64,000 nt of DNA from Mobula hypostoma. Taxonomy: Eukaryota. The position numbers and the translations under genes are program-made. The notes beneath the pieces were generated by a model. That model worked only from the letters and a program-made list of their open reading frames with translations. It made no database searches and was not told the DNA's origin. The DNA lies in the NCBI RefSeq assembly GCF_963921235.1, contig NC_086097.1, forward strand, positions 129,024,001 through 129,088,000, read 5' to 3'. The stretch's first letter is position 1. Each line of letters begins with the position of its first letter. Positions 1-11,222 of this stretch are shown piece by piece.

Positions 1-339
1 TATAGTCTTCTGCTGCTGTAGCCCATTCATTTCGAGGTTCAACATGTTGTGCATTCAGAGATGCTCTTCTGCACTCCACTGTTGTAATGTGTGGCTATTT
101 GAATTACTGTCACCCTCCTGTCAGCTTGAACCATTCTGGCCATTCTCCTCTAACCTCTCTCATTAACAAGGTACTTGCGGCAACGGAACTATTGCTCACT
201 GGATTTCTTTGTACTATTCTCTATAAACTCTAGAGACTGCCGTGTGTGAATCGTCCAGGAGATCAGCACTTTTTGAGATACTCAAACCACCCCATCTGAC
301 ACCAACATTCATTCTACGGTCAAAGTCACTTAGATCACC
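1..339 (-). mobile_element. Tc1 transposase N-terminal (paired-like HTH) fragment, decayed
   Basis: Minus-strand translation GDLSDFDRRMNVGVRWGGLSISKSADLL...RMVQADRRVTVIQIATHYNSGVQKSISE...MGYSSRR, with stops and a frameshift. Confidence 0.85.
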
Positions 340-533
340 ATAAATTGAAATACATTCACTAGTGGGTAAGGAGCTCCACTAAATACCAGTGCACAGATAT
401 GCTCCAGTGATCTGTCTGCACATTACTAGAGAAGATTTCCAAGCACACATTATGTCAGGCTTTTAGGGAGGAAGCAGAGCAACAACTTCTTGTTTGCTCA
501 CTGCTGCTAACAAAACTACACTACTTGGCATAC

Positions 534-641
534 CATCTGGACCTCTTAAAATAGTAGCATCCTGGAAGAGCTGGAAGTCTCTCGGTGAACTGTCACTGAG
601 AAATACCAGAAGCAGGTTCCCCACCCTGCTGGTAATATATC
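534..641 (-). CDS. OFCC1: Probable OFCC1-like coding exon (108 nt, phase 1-1)
   Basis: Acceptor ctttcttgtcacaatttcag|GA and donor GATG|gtatgc. Open in phase 1 (G-YITSRVGNLLLVFLSDSSPRDFQLFQDATILRGPD), compatible with the 39380 donor, with weak remembered similarity to the variable linker of amniote OFCC1. Confidence 0.65.
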
Positions 642-814
642 CTGAAATTGTGACAAGAAAGCTGTATAATTGGAGAGAGGATCTGAACACTTGCACACCT
701 GCACTAATATAGAACTCAAAAGATGGTTTCAGATTTTCAGAATTGACCCTATGAGTGGTTGCTTTAATTGCACCCCCATCAAAGATGCAAGTTAAGGCTG
801 GGTCCCTTTAAGAG

Positions 815-980
815 GAGACACAAGAGATTGAAGATGCTGCAATCTGGAGCAACACACGAACTGATGGATGTACTCAGTGGGTGAGACAGCATCTGTGGCG
901 GGAAATGGACTTCCAATGTTTTGGGTCAACATGTTCATCTGGACCCTGAATTCCTCCAGCAGTTTGCGTGCTGTGCTAAA
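815..980. mobile_element. Decayed Penelope terminal-repeat (pLTR) derivative with inverted arms
   Basis: gaagatgctgcaatctggagcaacacacgaactgatggatgtactcag...cagcatctgtg followed by inverted ctgaattcctccagcagtttgcgtgctgtgct. Confidence 0.6.
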
Positions 981-1386
981 TTTGTTAAAGCCTGCCTCTC
1001 TGTTTGTGGTCCATACTGTTTCCATTCTGCACGTGCAAACCAGAGGCAGCAGCAGAATGAAATGTGCAATGTTTGACATGGGATGGTAATCCAGGTCCCA
1101 GAATGCTTTCTATACGAATGATACACAAGAACACTTACAACCAAACAACTGAATAGTCACAAGCAATTGGGTTTCGCTGTTAATTCAGTACCGCAAGTCA
1201 ATCCCTTAGATGTTAACAATAAGACACTATGATCGTGATTGCACTGGGGAGATTCACCAGAGGTGGCCTGAAGTAGAGTGTTTCTGTTATCAGGAGAGAC
1301 TGGAGAAGCTGGCTTGGCTGAGGGAGTATCCGAATGAGGTGAACAAAATTCGGAGGGGTATAGATAGGACTGATAATGGGAAACCA

Positions 1387-1715
1387 CTGTTCAATCTTTG
1401 AATCTAATCAAGACTTTCAAACATTGTAGGGACAATTTCTGAATTATTTTCAAAACCTTTGATTTGCTGTTAAAGCACAGATGATGACTAACAATCTTTT
1501 TTCTTTTTTTTCTCTTATTCAGCTTCGGTCTTGGTAGTGGGTTAGATTTTTTTAATATAAAAAAATTATTATTTTTCAATCTTACAAACTAATTAATTTG
1601 TACGAATATAGGGTAAGGAGTCTTTATATGGGATTTAGTTTAATGTATTGACATATATGTTTTTTATCCTGTACTCTGTATTCTTATATATAAATTAATA
1701 AAAATATTGGAAAGA
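1387..1715 (+). mobile_element. 5'-truncated L1/Tx1-like 3' end
   Basis: ORF2 C-terminus-like DFQTL*GQFLNYFQNL*, T-rich 3' UTR and AATAAA. Flanked by a 15-bp TSD with 1 mismatch: gataatgggaaacca (1372-1386) and gatcatgggaaacca (1716-1730). Confidence 0.7.
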
Positions 1716-1747
1716 GATCATGGGAAACCAGGATAAGATTTAAGATA

Positions 1748-2568
1748 ACACACACCAAATGCTAGAGGAACTCAGCAAGTCAGGCAGCATCTATGGAAAT
1801 GAATAGATAATCAATGTTTAGGGCCAAGACCCTTCTTCAGGATTGAGAAGGAAGAGGGAAGATGCCAAAATAAAAAGGTGAGGGAGTAGGGGAAAGAGGC
1901 TAGCTGGAAGGTGATAGGTGAATAAAGGTGGGTGGGAAAGGCAGGAGAAGAAGGAATCTGATAGGAGAGGAGAGTAAACCATAGGAGAAAGGGAAGGAGG
2001 AGGGGGGCCCAGGGAGATTGATATGTAGGTGAGAAGAAGTAAAAGGTCAGAGTAGGCGATAGAGGAAAGATGGAGGGGGGGGGGGAATAAGCTTACTGGA
2101 AGGAGAAATCGATATTCATGCCATCAGGTTGGAGGCTACCCAGACAGAATACAAGGTTATGCTCCTCCGCTCTGAGGGTGGACCCATCTTGGCATGAGAG
2201 GAGGCCAGGGACCGACACGTCAGAATTAAAACGACTGGCCACCGGGAAGTCCAGCTTGTGGCGGATGGTGCAGAGGTGCTCAATGCAATGGTTCCCCAAT
2301 TTACGACGGGTCTCACTAATGTAGAAGAAGTGAGCATCAGGCGCACCGGACACAGTCGATGACCCCAGCAGACTCACAGGTGAAGAGTGGAAGGACCGTT
2401 TGGGGCCCTGAATGGAGGCAAGGAAGGAGATGTTCAGGCAGGTGTAGCATGTAGGCCGCTGCAGGGATAAGTGCGGGGAAGGAGATCAGTGGGGAGGGTC
2501 AAATGGACAAGGGAATCACGAAAGGGAGTGACCCTGTGGAAAGTGGAAGGGGGGAGGTAAAGATATGT
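1748..2568 (-). mobile_element. Penelope-like element (Neptune-type) 3' part: GIY-YIG endonuclease plus pLTR
   Basis: ORF 2093-2377 FYISETRRKLGNHCIEHL...PVASRFNS...LGSLQPDGMNIDFS; pyrimidine-rich tail and terminal repeat with a mutated hammerhead core near 1815-1842. Confidence 0.88.
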
Positions 2569-5111
2569 GTGTTTAAAAAGGTTCTGAGGAAGAATTCTTT
2601 CACCCTGAGAGCGGCTGGAATGTGGAATACTGTGACTGAGTGGGTGGTGAAGGTATGCACTCTTATAACATTTAATAAGTATCTAGATGAGCAATTGAAC
2701 GGTCAACATATTGAAAGCTGCAGATGGTGATGGAATTAGAAAAGTATTTGGTGGTCAGCATGCACATGGTGGATTGTACAGACTGTTTTGACGCTGTGTG
2801 ACTCCATGTGACTCTTTGTAAGATCAGAATGTATTTTCTTCTGGTTTGTACACAGTTAAACTACACGCATATACTTCTACCTCACATAATCAGTATTCAA
2901 AGGTAAGATTTAGTTTCTTTTTGACAATGGCACTTTTAACTTTATTCTTGTACCTAGTTAATCTAATTAACACAATTTTTTAACACTGATCTTTTCATAA
3001 TAGAAAAGTCAATCAAAGAACAGGTACCATAATCCCCCTGCTTTGAGCTATGCAGCAGATTAGGAAGGGAACCAATTAAACCCAGTTCTAGGTGCCAAAA
3101 GGATAACCTAGATAAAGATAATGAAAGCATTTTTGAAGATTGCACTGCAAAGCTCTGACTACATTTTTAAGAATGGATAGTTTTAAACCAGCACTCACAC
3201 AATAGAGAATCGGTATTGGTCCAAGTCTTCTAGGCATGGTGACTCTGTAGAGAATCTGCTTTGTTCAACAGGGCTCTGGCACTTATCCTTCCCATTAAAC
3301 TCGGCCAGGTTATGTCGACTTCCCTGCAAACAAAAGGCAAAATGTGTAATGTCCATCACTGTAAAAATGCTGCACTACGAACAACAGATGCTGCACAACT
3401 AAAAACATTCCTTTTGCTACCCCTTCAACATTATCAAACAAAAACTGATGCAAAGCCACCCATTGGGGATGTTTTGGGGAAAGTCAACAACCTGCTCAAA
3501 GAGGGATATATCCAAAACATGTACTTGCCATAGACGGAGTGCAGCAAAGATTCATTAGGCTGGTTCCAGGATAGAGAACAATTAAAAACAGGAGCAGGAG
3601 TTGTCACAACCACAGAGTCTGGGCACCCTCACAAGTGGGCAGCTGAAAGGGGTCTGCAATCGCTCTCTTGAGTATGCACGTTCCAGCTAATTAGTTACTT
3701 TGTAGTTGTATTTCACTCCCTTCCTTTCATTTCAGTCTTGTTAAGTCTTGACTGAAGCACAGAGATGGCAACACTCCCTGCTTACCTTGTCCACATCCCA
3801 GGAAGGAAGATGGCAATTTATATTGATGCTGCAAAGGAGCGGTATTACTTTATTATTAAGTTACTCCTCCACCAGGCAGATACTTCAATGACCTGAAAGG
3901 CTACAGCAACTTTATTACTCAGTGTGAGCTGACTTTCCACACCCAGTCAGGTTGGTTCGGTGATGATGCATGAAAACTGGCTTACATGGAGAATCTCTTA
4001 GATGGACCCACACTCAAACTGTCTAATTCTCTACAAGAACAAGGTTTCCCTGCAATCCAGTCTTTCCAACAATTCACAGTTGAGTTCAAGAGGGTGTTTG
4101 ATCTTCCAGTAAAGGGTCAGGAAGCTGCCTACCAACTCCTAGACCTACGTCAAGGGAATGGGACAGTGAGGGACGATGCAGTAAAGTTATGCATGATTGT
4201 GGTTGAGATGGGGTGGAACGAGAGATTCCTCATCATTGCTTTCCAACATGGGCTGAAGGCAGGTGTCCTGCATGAGATGAACTGGACAGCCTGGATGACC
4301 TGATAAATCTGGCAATTTGAATACACAACTGGGCAACCAATGGCAGAGTGAGACAATGCCCCCAGCCTCCTACATTTTAGATTATGGTCCGTCTTCACCC
4401 TCTCTCACACTACATAGTACATAGTTGGTGGAGGAGCCTATGCTTCTTTGTCTTTATCAAGCTCTGCCCCTGCATTGATTATCAGTCCCTCAACAACATC
4501 ATGGTGAAGAACCGCTACGCTCTTCACAAACGAGGAGGGGACAAGTGGAAGACAGCATTCAATACCTCCAGTGGCCACTATGAGTATTTTGTGATGCCAT
4601 TTGGTCTGGCCAAATCCCTGGGCATTTTTCAGGCCCTGGACAATTATGTGCTCCAGGACATGTTGAATCAGTTTGTTTGTGTGTATTTGGACTTCATTCT
4701 CATCTATTACTGCTCTAATCAGGAACACATCCAGCATGTCCTGAGATGTGTATGCCAAGCCAGAGAACTGTGAGCTCTACAAAGAGCAGGCATTATCCTT
4801 GGGCTACATCCTCACCACTTCCAGTGTTCAAATGGACCCATGTAAATTTCAGGCAGTCACAGAGTGGCCCAAGCCAACTACAGTCACGCTTCATGGGTTT
4901 TGCAAACTTTTTTCACTGCTTCATCAGAAATTCCAGTTTCATTGCAGCCTCCATAAATGCACTCACCAAGCAGACCTCTACAGGATTTCGATGGACAAGT
5001 GAAGCAAACCAAGCATTCTCAGAACTAAAGCAATGCTTAACCACCTCCCCAGTCCTGCAACATCTGGACCCATCCTAACCATTCATCATCAAAGTTAATG
5101 CATCAGATGTT

Positions 5112-5612
5112 CAGAGTCAGAATCAGGTTTATTATCACTGGCATGTGACGTGAAATTTGTTAACTTAGCAGCAGCAGTTCAATGCAGTACATAATAGAGA
5201 AGAAAAATAAACAAAATAAAATAATAATAATAATAAATAGGTAAATCGTATACGTATATTGAATAGATTAAAAATTGCACAAAAAACAGAAATAATACAT
5301 ATTAAAATAGTGAGGTAGTGGGCAAGGGTTCAATGTCCATTTAGGAATCAGATGGCAGAGGGTAAGAAGCTGTTTCTGAATCGCTGAGTGTGTGCCTTCG
5401 GGCTTCTGTATCTCCTACTTGATGGCAACAGTGAGAAAAGGGCATGCCCTGGGTGCTGGAGGTCCTTAATAAAGGACGCTGCCTTTCTGAGACACCGCTC
5501 CTTGAAGATGTCCTGGGTATTTTGCAGGCTAGTGCCCGAGATGGAGCCGACTAAACTTACAATCCTCTGCAGCTTCTTCCAGTCCTGTGCAGTAGCGCCC
5601 CCCCCATACCAA
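5112..5612 (-). mobile_element. Rex1/Babar-like LINE 3' end inserted in the Gypsy RNase H region
   Basis: ORF 5348-5650 WYGG...KKLQRIV...HPGHALFSLLPSSRRYRS...RFRNSFLPSAI; tail (ttctga)n on the minus strand. Confidence 0.85.
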
Positions 5613-5876
5613 CAATGTTGGTTCTTCCAACAATGGCATTGGAGCTGCACTGTCCCAGTGTTCTTCTGCTAAAAAATCGGCTGCAGCCCTGTGCTTTACT
5701 TTCCCGTCCTTTGACTCCCATAGAGTGCAACTATGATGTCAGGAACCAAGAACCAAGGCAGTCAAGGAGGCCCTAGGGGCACTGGAGGGGGGCAGCGCAC
5801 CCCTTTCTGGCATGGACAGAGCAGAAGAACCTCTCCTACATTGGTGTCGCCAAGAAACTCAACTCCCATTGAGCCC

Positions 5877-6034
5877 CACACATCAAAGTTGCTGGTGAAC
5901 GCAGCAGGCCAGGCAGCATCTCTAGGAAGAGGTACAGTCGACGTTTCAGGCCAAGACCCTTCGTCAGGACTAACTGAAGGAAGAGTTAGTAAGAGATTTG
6001 AAAGTGGGAGGGGAGGGGGAGATCCAAAATGAGA
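5877..6034 (-). mobile_element. Isolated Penelope pLTR fragment inserted in Gypsy pol
   Basis: 12-bp TSD with 1 mismatch: cccattgagccc (5865-5876) and cccatcgagccc (6035-6046). Removing it restores KKLNSHRAHWALFFSQFNF. Confidence 0.85.
5936..5971 (-). ncRNA. Minimal type I hammerhead ribozyme motif (Penelope-associated)
   Basis: Minus strand reads AGUC-CUGACGA-AGGGUCUUGGCCU-GAAAC-GUC-GACU: stem I AGUC/GACU, both core boxes, a short stem II and a GUC cleavage triplet. Confidence 0.7.
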
Positions 6035-7738
6035 CCCATCGAGCCCACTGGGCTCTCTTCTTCAGTCAGTTTAATTTCACCCTGGCAGACAGAATACTAT
6101 GAGTGATGCTCCCTCCCACCAGCTTGCTATCGCTGAGGACAACATCAATCCACAGTACATCCTTCCTCACTCGTGCAGTTCCCCTGATGATTTGGGGGAA
6201 CAGAAGCAGAGGTGAGGGCTGCCCAACGGTTGGATCCAGGCCCAGGTGGCTGTTTGTCCCCTGTCCCAACCGACCACTTGTCATTGCCACTGTGTGCCCC
6301 AGAGTATTGGAGTGGAGTCACTCTTCCCATCTGCGGATTCAACAAATTCTGGAATTGATAGAGCCGATTTTGGTGGTTATCTATGTCCCAGAATGTCCAC
6401 TACTTCCACCTCTGCCTGTCCCATTTGTGCCCTGAACGAAACATCACAACAGCTCCCTGCCAGTCGGCTCTGCCTGCTGACAGTGCCTCACCTCCCCTGG
6501 TCCTATCTTTCATCACTGGCCTGCCTCCATCCGATGGAAACACGACCATTCTGTTTGTTGTAGACCGGTTCTCCAAGGCTGCCCAGTTCATTGCTCTCCC
6601 CGCGCTCCTGAGGGCTGATGAAACTGCCATCCTCACGGTCCAGCACATGCTCAGGATGCAAGTCTTCCCTCAGGAAAGTGACTGATCGAGGGCCAGAGTT
6701 CACATCTCGGTTCTGGAAGGCTTTCTGTTCTCTTTTGGGAACCACAGTCAGCCTTTCATCTGGTTCCCCCCACCCCCAATCTAAAGACCAGACTGAGAAA
6801 GAGAATCAGGAGCTGAAGACATCCCTGTACTGTCTTGTCTCTTCCAACCCCATAACCTGGAGCTCCCAACTGGTTTGCACAGAGATTGTCCACAATAACC
6901 TCTAGACATCCTCCTCTGGCATGTCCCAGCCACCAATCTTCCCTGACCAACATCATCCATGAAGATTCACCCAGTGTTCAATGTTTCCCAGCTCAAGCTT
7001 CCTCCCCTCCATGCTCCAGTCACCGCCCCCCCCCCAACTTCTCCCCACTTCATAGATGGGTCCCTGGTCTATTTTGTGCGGTGCCTCCTGACATCCCGCC
7101 GAGTGTGGAGCAGGGTCTACTACCTCATTGATTGAAAGGGGTACGGTCCAGAGGAATGTTTTTGGGTTCTGGCTCGTATCATCTGAGCAAGTCTTCCATC
7201 CATTGGGCACAGATCTCAGGTGTCTCGTAGGTATGCACGTTCCAGGCTATCAGAGTTTCTTTGTGGTTGTATTTTATACTCTTCCTCTTGTTTCAGTCTT
7301 GTCAAGTCCTGACCAAAGCATAGTGACAGCAATGATCCCTGTCCACCTTGTCCATGTTCCAGGAAAGAAGATTACAATTTAGATTGATGCTGCAAAGGAG
7401 CAGTATTAGTTCAGTATTAAGTTACTGCTTCTGAGCCACGGTGACAGCATTAGATTTAAATTTGAGAGTTTTAGTTAGTGATCCTGTTAGCCTAACATTT
7501 ATTATATTTCCTTTTGTTTTGTACAGTGCTTATTAACACTCGGTGAACTGCTCGTTCTGCTGCTGTGTCTCTCTTGGGCCATCACCGAACAGTGTCAGGA
7601 GTAGGCCACACATACAATCTCAACTTAAAAATAAATCACAAATTAAAATTTCCTTTTAAAAAGATTTTTTATTCTCAGGTACTTGGACAGGAATGGCATA
7701 AAGAGGTACAGGTCTAACATGGGCATATAGGATTAGCA

Positions 7739-8210
7739 TTTGTGCCGATGTCAACCCTACGACCGTTGCGAATGCAGCGTTCTGCTACCGCTGATTTCTC
7801 TGGGTAACCCAAATGGATACACCTCCTGTGCTCCTCGATGTATCTGTCTGGGCACAAAACTATGGTGCCATGCCAATGGCTTTTGGGACCACCCAGTAAA
7901 AGAAGCCATTGTAATAAAATTAAAGAACAAGAATTTTAACAAAGATAAAGGTGTCGCTCTAAGTAAGAATTGAAATTCCATTGCAAACAAGGTGGGAGAG
8001 TGGAAACCTGATTGGATGAGGACTAACCAATCAGGAGGGATGGACTATAAGAGTATAAATACCACCCGACAAGACATACCCAGGCATCATCCCTGAAGAA
8101 GATGGCAGAGTTTGCCATTGAAACTTTAATTATAATCGATACCTGTATCCAGCTGAAAGCCCGAGAAGAGCTTGTTCATCAAATACACCGGGAAAGCACT
8201 AGACCCTTTT
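7739..8210 (+). mobile_element. Second Penelope-like family: GIY-YIG C-terminus with 5' inversion plus terminal repeat
   Basis: 7739-7849 reads RYIEEHRRCIHLGYPEKSAVAERCIRNGRRVDIGT on minus; 7851 onward reads GTKLWCHANGFWDHPVKEAIVIKLKNKNFNKDKGVALSKN on plus. Downstream CTGAAGA-stem-GAAAC motif at 8093-8124. Confidence 0.85.
8007..8061 (+). promoter_or_regulatory. Pol II promoter-like module in the Penelope terminal repeat
   Basis: Inverted CCAAT boxes cctgattgg (8007-8015) and ccaatcagg (8027-8035), then TATAAATA (8054-8061). Confidence 0.4.
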
Positions 8211-9329
8211 ACAGATACATGGCTCCTACAGTTAAAGTAGCATGGAGAAGATGGGCCAGAAGTTGGCTCAATGCAGTTGACTGAATAGTCCTGTAAACTG
8301 CTGACATTAGCCACATAGTAAAGGCTCAGGCAGCAAAAAGATACTGAGCTCTTTTCAAAACTGCCAAGCCTAGGTCCATAAGAGAGGCTGAGGTGATCAA
8401 TTGAATATTACAAGGGATCAGAAAAATCAAAAGACAATTCAGTGGATAGACTGGAGTAAAGTTCCTCCTCAGCCATTTGTACTAAATGATTCTGCTTCAA
8501 ATTCAGTTCCACTGGAAGTCATGCACGTACAAGTAAGATTAAGACAGATGATGGAATATCATGATAAAAGTATAATTATTTTATATGAAAGGTTTAAGTT
8601 TTTTGAATGAAAAATAAACATACATAAAGAGTAGTTTGCCAATCTGTAATTATGGAATTGTGCACCATTAAAAACAGTCAGACTTCATGTAACAAGGCGC
8701 ACTTTCTGGATATATTACAGCAAGAACATTTGTAATTACTTGCGATATTTTTACCAATGCATTATGCCGCTACGTGTTCAATGAAAGAGATACTGGTTTA
8801 TACCCATGGCTGTAAACTTATGCTATATGCATAATGAGACTTCAAACCTTGAGGTGATATAGCAAAGATCCAATAATCCAGTAGGCTTGGGACTTTGGCA
8901 GTACTGGACTCGTCAGTTTTCTGGGCTATTTGTTAACACTCCAACACATGCTTAATTCGCTTTTCTAACAGACATAACACATAAATATTTTGGTGAACCC
9001 AATTTGTTTGAAGGGACTGTGAGAAACAGGACTGGCTAAATCTCAAGGAAGTGCGGCCAGCAGAAGCAGGTGAGTTTAAAAGGAATGCGGATACCAGGGC
9101 TCTGGTGGGAGGAAATTGCAAATACCACCTTGTAACCCAGATAGGGAACTACCTGGGATTTTGAATAGTTAGAGGGGATTAGTGCAGTTTTAATGTACGT
9201 TATTACAAAGGCGGCCCACAAGATGACTATTTCATGGGCTCACGGTAGTCTACCCACATAGATACACCAAAAAACCAAAAAAAAACTGTCCAATTAATAA
9301 ATCATTACAACTGAAGCCTCTTGATTATG

Positions 9330-9595
9330 AACATAGAATAGTAAGCACAGGAACAATTAAATATCTCTTCTTTCTGCATATAATCCATACCCCCCCCCCC
9401 CGCCACACACAATCATCTGCCTCCTCTTATATGCCTATATCATGTTACTTCTACCACTACCCCATAATAGCCTATTCCAGGCACCTACCACTCCAGGTAA
9501 AAGAAAATTGCTCCGTACATCTACTTTCAACTTTCCCAATCTCACCTTAACTGCATGTCCCCTAATAGCTGACATTTGCAAAGTAATGGAAAAAG
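9330..9595 (-). mobile_element. Decayed CR1 3' fragment
   Basis: acatagaata tail and ctaccactac...ctattccaggcacctaccactc...ctcaccttaa, similar to other CR1 3' ends in the window. Confidence 0.55.
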
Positions 9596-10284
9596 ACATT
9601 TGAGGTCAAGATTTCCTCTTTATCATTCAAAAGATTTCATTCAGTCGTATTCCAACAGTGGTTAGAAACTGGCCTGGAGGTCAGTGGTGTGGTGATGTGT
9701 GTTTTCATTTGTATCTTCCACCCAATGGGAAGGGGGAGAAGAGAGAAAGACCAGGGTGGGTGGGGCCTTAGGTTATGTTTCTAAGGAAACAGGAAATGTA
9801 GATAGAGTCCATGGAGGGGAGACTTGTTTTCATGATGGATTAAAAGATGCATCAATTGGAAATCCAGAAAATGCAGTCATTTTGCTGTCATTACAGCTAC
9901 AAACCGGCCCATTACATTCCAATATATGCTACAGGAATATAGGAAATGGATAAGAGATGCAATGTAAATTTTACAGGACAGTGCCACAGGACATGGGCAT
10001 AAAGGGAGGGACACACTGATAGAAACACAGGAAGTCAGGCGGAGGGTCAACATCAGTATTAGAACATCCACCTGAAAAGCAAATTAAATTTTCGTCTGCT
10101 AATACTGCCAACAGTAATTTCTAGACTATTAAGTTTATGTGAATGTTCCCATTAACTTGCACATAGTGCAAGCTGCAATGTCAACAGATTTTGGTCTGCA
10201 GAACAAAGATTTAGTCCTTACAAAGCTCTAGTTTTATGAAGTGCTCTTCCCAGACCCAAGCCAGTCAAGCCCATAGGGCGATAT

Positions 10285-10625
10285 ACAGGTGCAGTTGGTA
10301 GTGCCACTATATCATAGTTGCTGCATTATGGGTTCAATCCTGACCCTCGATGCTATATGTAGGGGTTGTACATTATTCCTCTGACCACATGAATTCCCTC
10401 CAGGTGCTCTGATTTGCTGCCACATCCCAAAAATGTGTGGGTTGTAAATTTAATTTGCTTATGTGAATTGTACCTAATGTTTAAGTAAGCAGAAGAATCC
10501 AGAGGGCAGTTCATGAGAACATGGATAACAGAATAGAACTAGGGCAGGATTGGTGTTAAAAAAAAATGGGTGTTTGGTGGTCAGCATGGACCAGATGGGC
10601 TGAAAGGCCTGTTCCTCCCTCTAAT
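10285..10625 (+). mobile_element. Old tRNA-derived V-SINE with CR1-type tail
   Basis: B box ggttcaatcc, decayed V domain and CR1-like 3' end (gatgggctgaaaggcctgtt). Confidence 0.65.
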
Positions 10626-10677
10626 TCTAAGACTTAATAGCTATCTCTAACAGCACAGATTGCATTGAGTAATACAA

Positions 10678-10950
10678 GGGCAGCACGATAACATAGTGGT
10701 TAGCAGATTACAGGCGACCTGGGTTCAATTCCCAATGCTGCCTGGGAGGAGTTTGTATGTTCCCCTGTGAACACATGGGTTTCCTCCACATGCTTTGATT
10801 TCCTCCCACAATCCAAAAACTTAATGGTTGGTACGCTAATTGGTCATTGTAAATTGTCCCATGATTAGGCTAGGATTAAATCAGGGTATTGCTGTGCGAC
10901 GTAGCTCAAAGGCCTGGAAGGACCTATTCCACGCTGTATCTCAATAAATA
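10678..10950 (+). mobile_element. tRNA-derived V-SINE
   Basis: A box tagtggttagc, B box ggttcaattcc, V domain gtttgtatgttcccctgtg...tttcctcccacaatccaaa and aataaata tail. Confidence 0.8.
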
Positions 10951-11059
10951 GAAACTAATTAAAGCCCCAAAGTCCATTGAGTCTATACCAACCATCATAC
11001 ATCTGCTTATACTAATCCCATTAATAGGAGGAACTTGTGCATACATTCCCAGATTGAAT

Positions 11060-11222
11060 TGTCAACGTTTCGGGCCGAGACCCTTCGTCAGCCCTGACGA
11101 AGGGTCTCGGCCCAAAAAGTCAACTGTACCTCTTCCTATAGATGTTGCCTGGCCTGCTGCGTTCACCAGCATCTTTTGTGTGTGTTGCTTGAAATTCCAG
11201 CATCTGCAGATTTCCTCATGTT
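11060..11222. mobile_element. Head-to-head Penelope pLTR palindrome
   Basis: Perfect 20-bp arms 11072-11091 and 11094-11113 around a 2-nt spacer, followed by the rest of the pLTR. Confidence 0.85.

Larger units (their letters stand above)
1245..2815 (+). mobile_element. Old CR1 3' end interrupted by L1 and Penelope insertions
   Basis: CR1 C-terminal pieces at about 1245-1386, 1716-1747 and 2570-2815 (LRKNSFTLRAAGMWN...; 3' UTR ending gactccatgtgactct). Confidence 0.7.
3602..7597 (+). mobile_element. Internally deleted, decayed Gypsy chromovirus (Sushi-like) LTR retrotransposon
   Basis: Termini TGTCAC...GTGTCA with 5-bp TSD GGAGT (3597-3601 and 7598-7602). LTR homology between about 3672-3870 and 7231-7430. 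Remnants of gag (FITQCEL..., LDLRQG), RT ([28 protein letters not shown]), RNase H, integrase (VVDRFSKAAQF, DRGPEFTSRFW) and chromodomain (YYLID*KGYGPEE). Confidence 0.93.

Noticed and set aside
10678..10760. tRNA genes at SINE heads
   Set aside because: A and B boxes run into V-domain SINE bodies; no cloverleaf or terminator.
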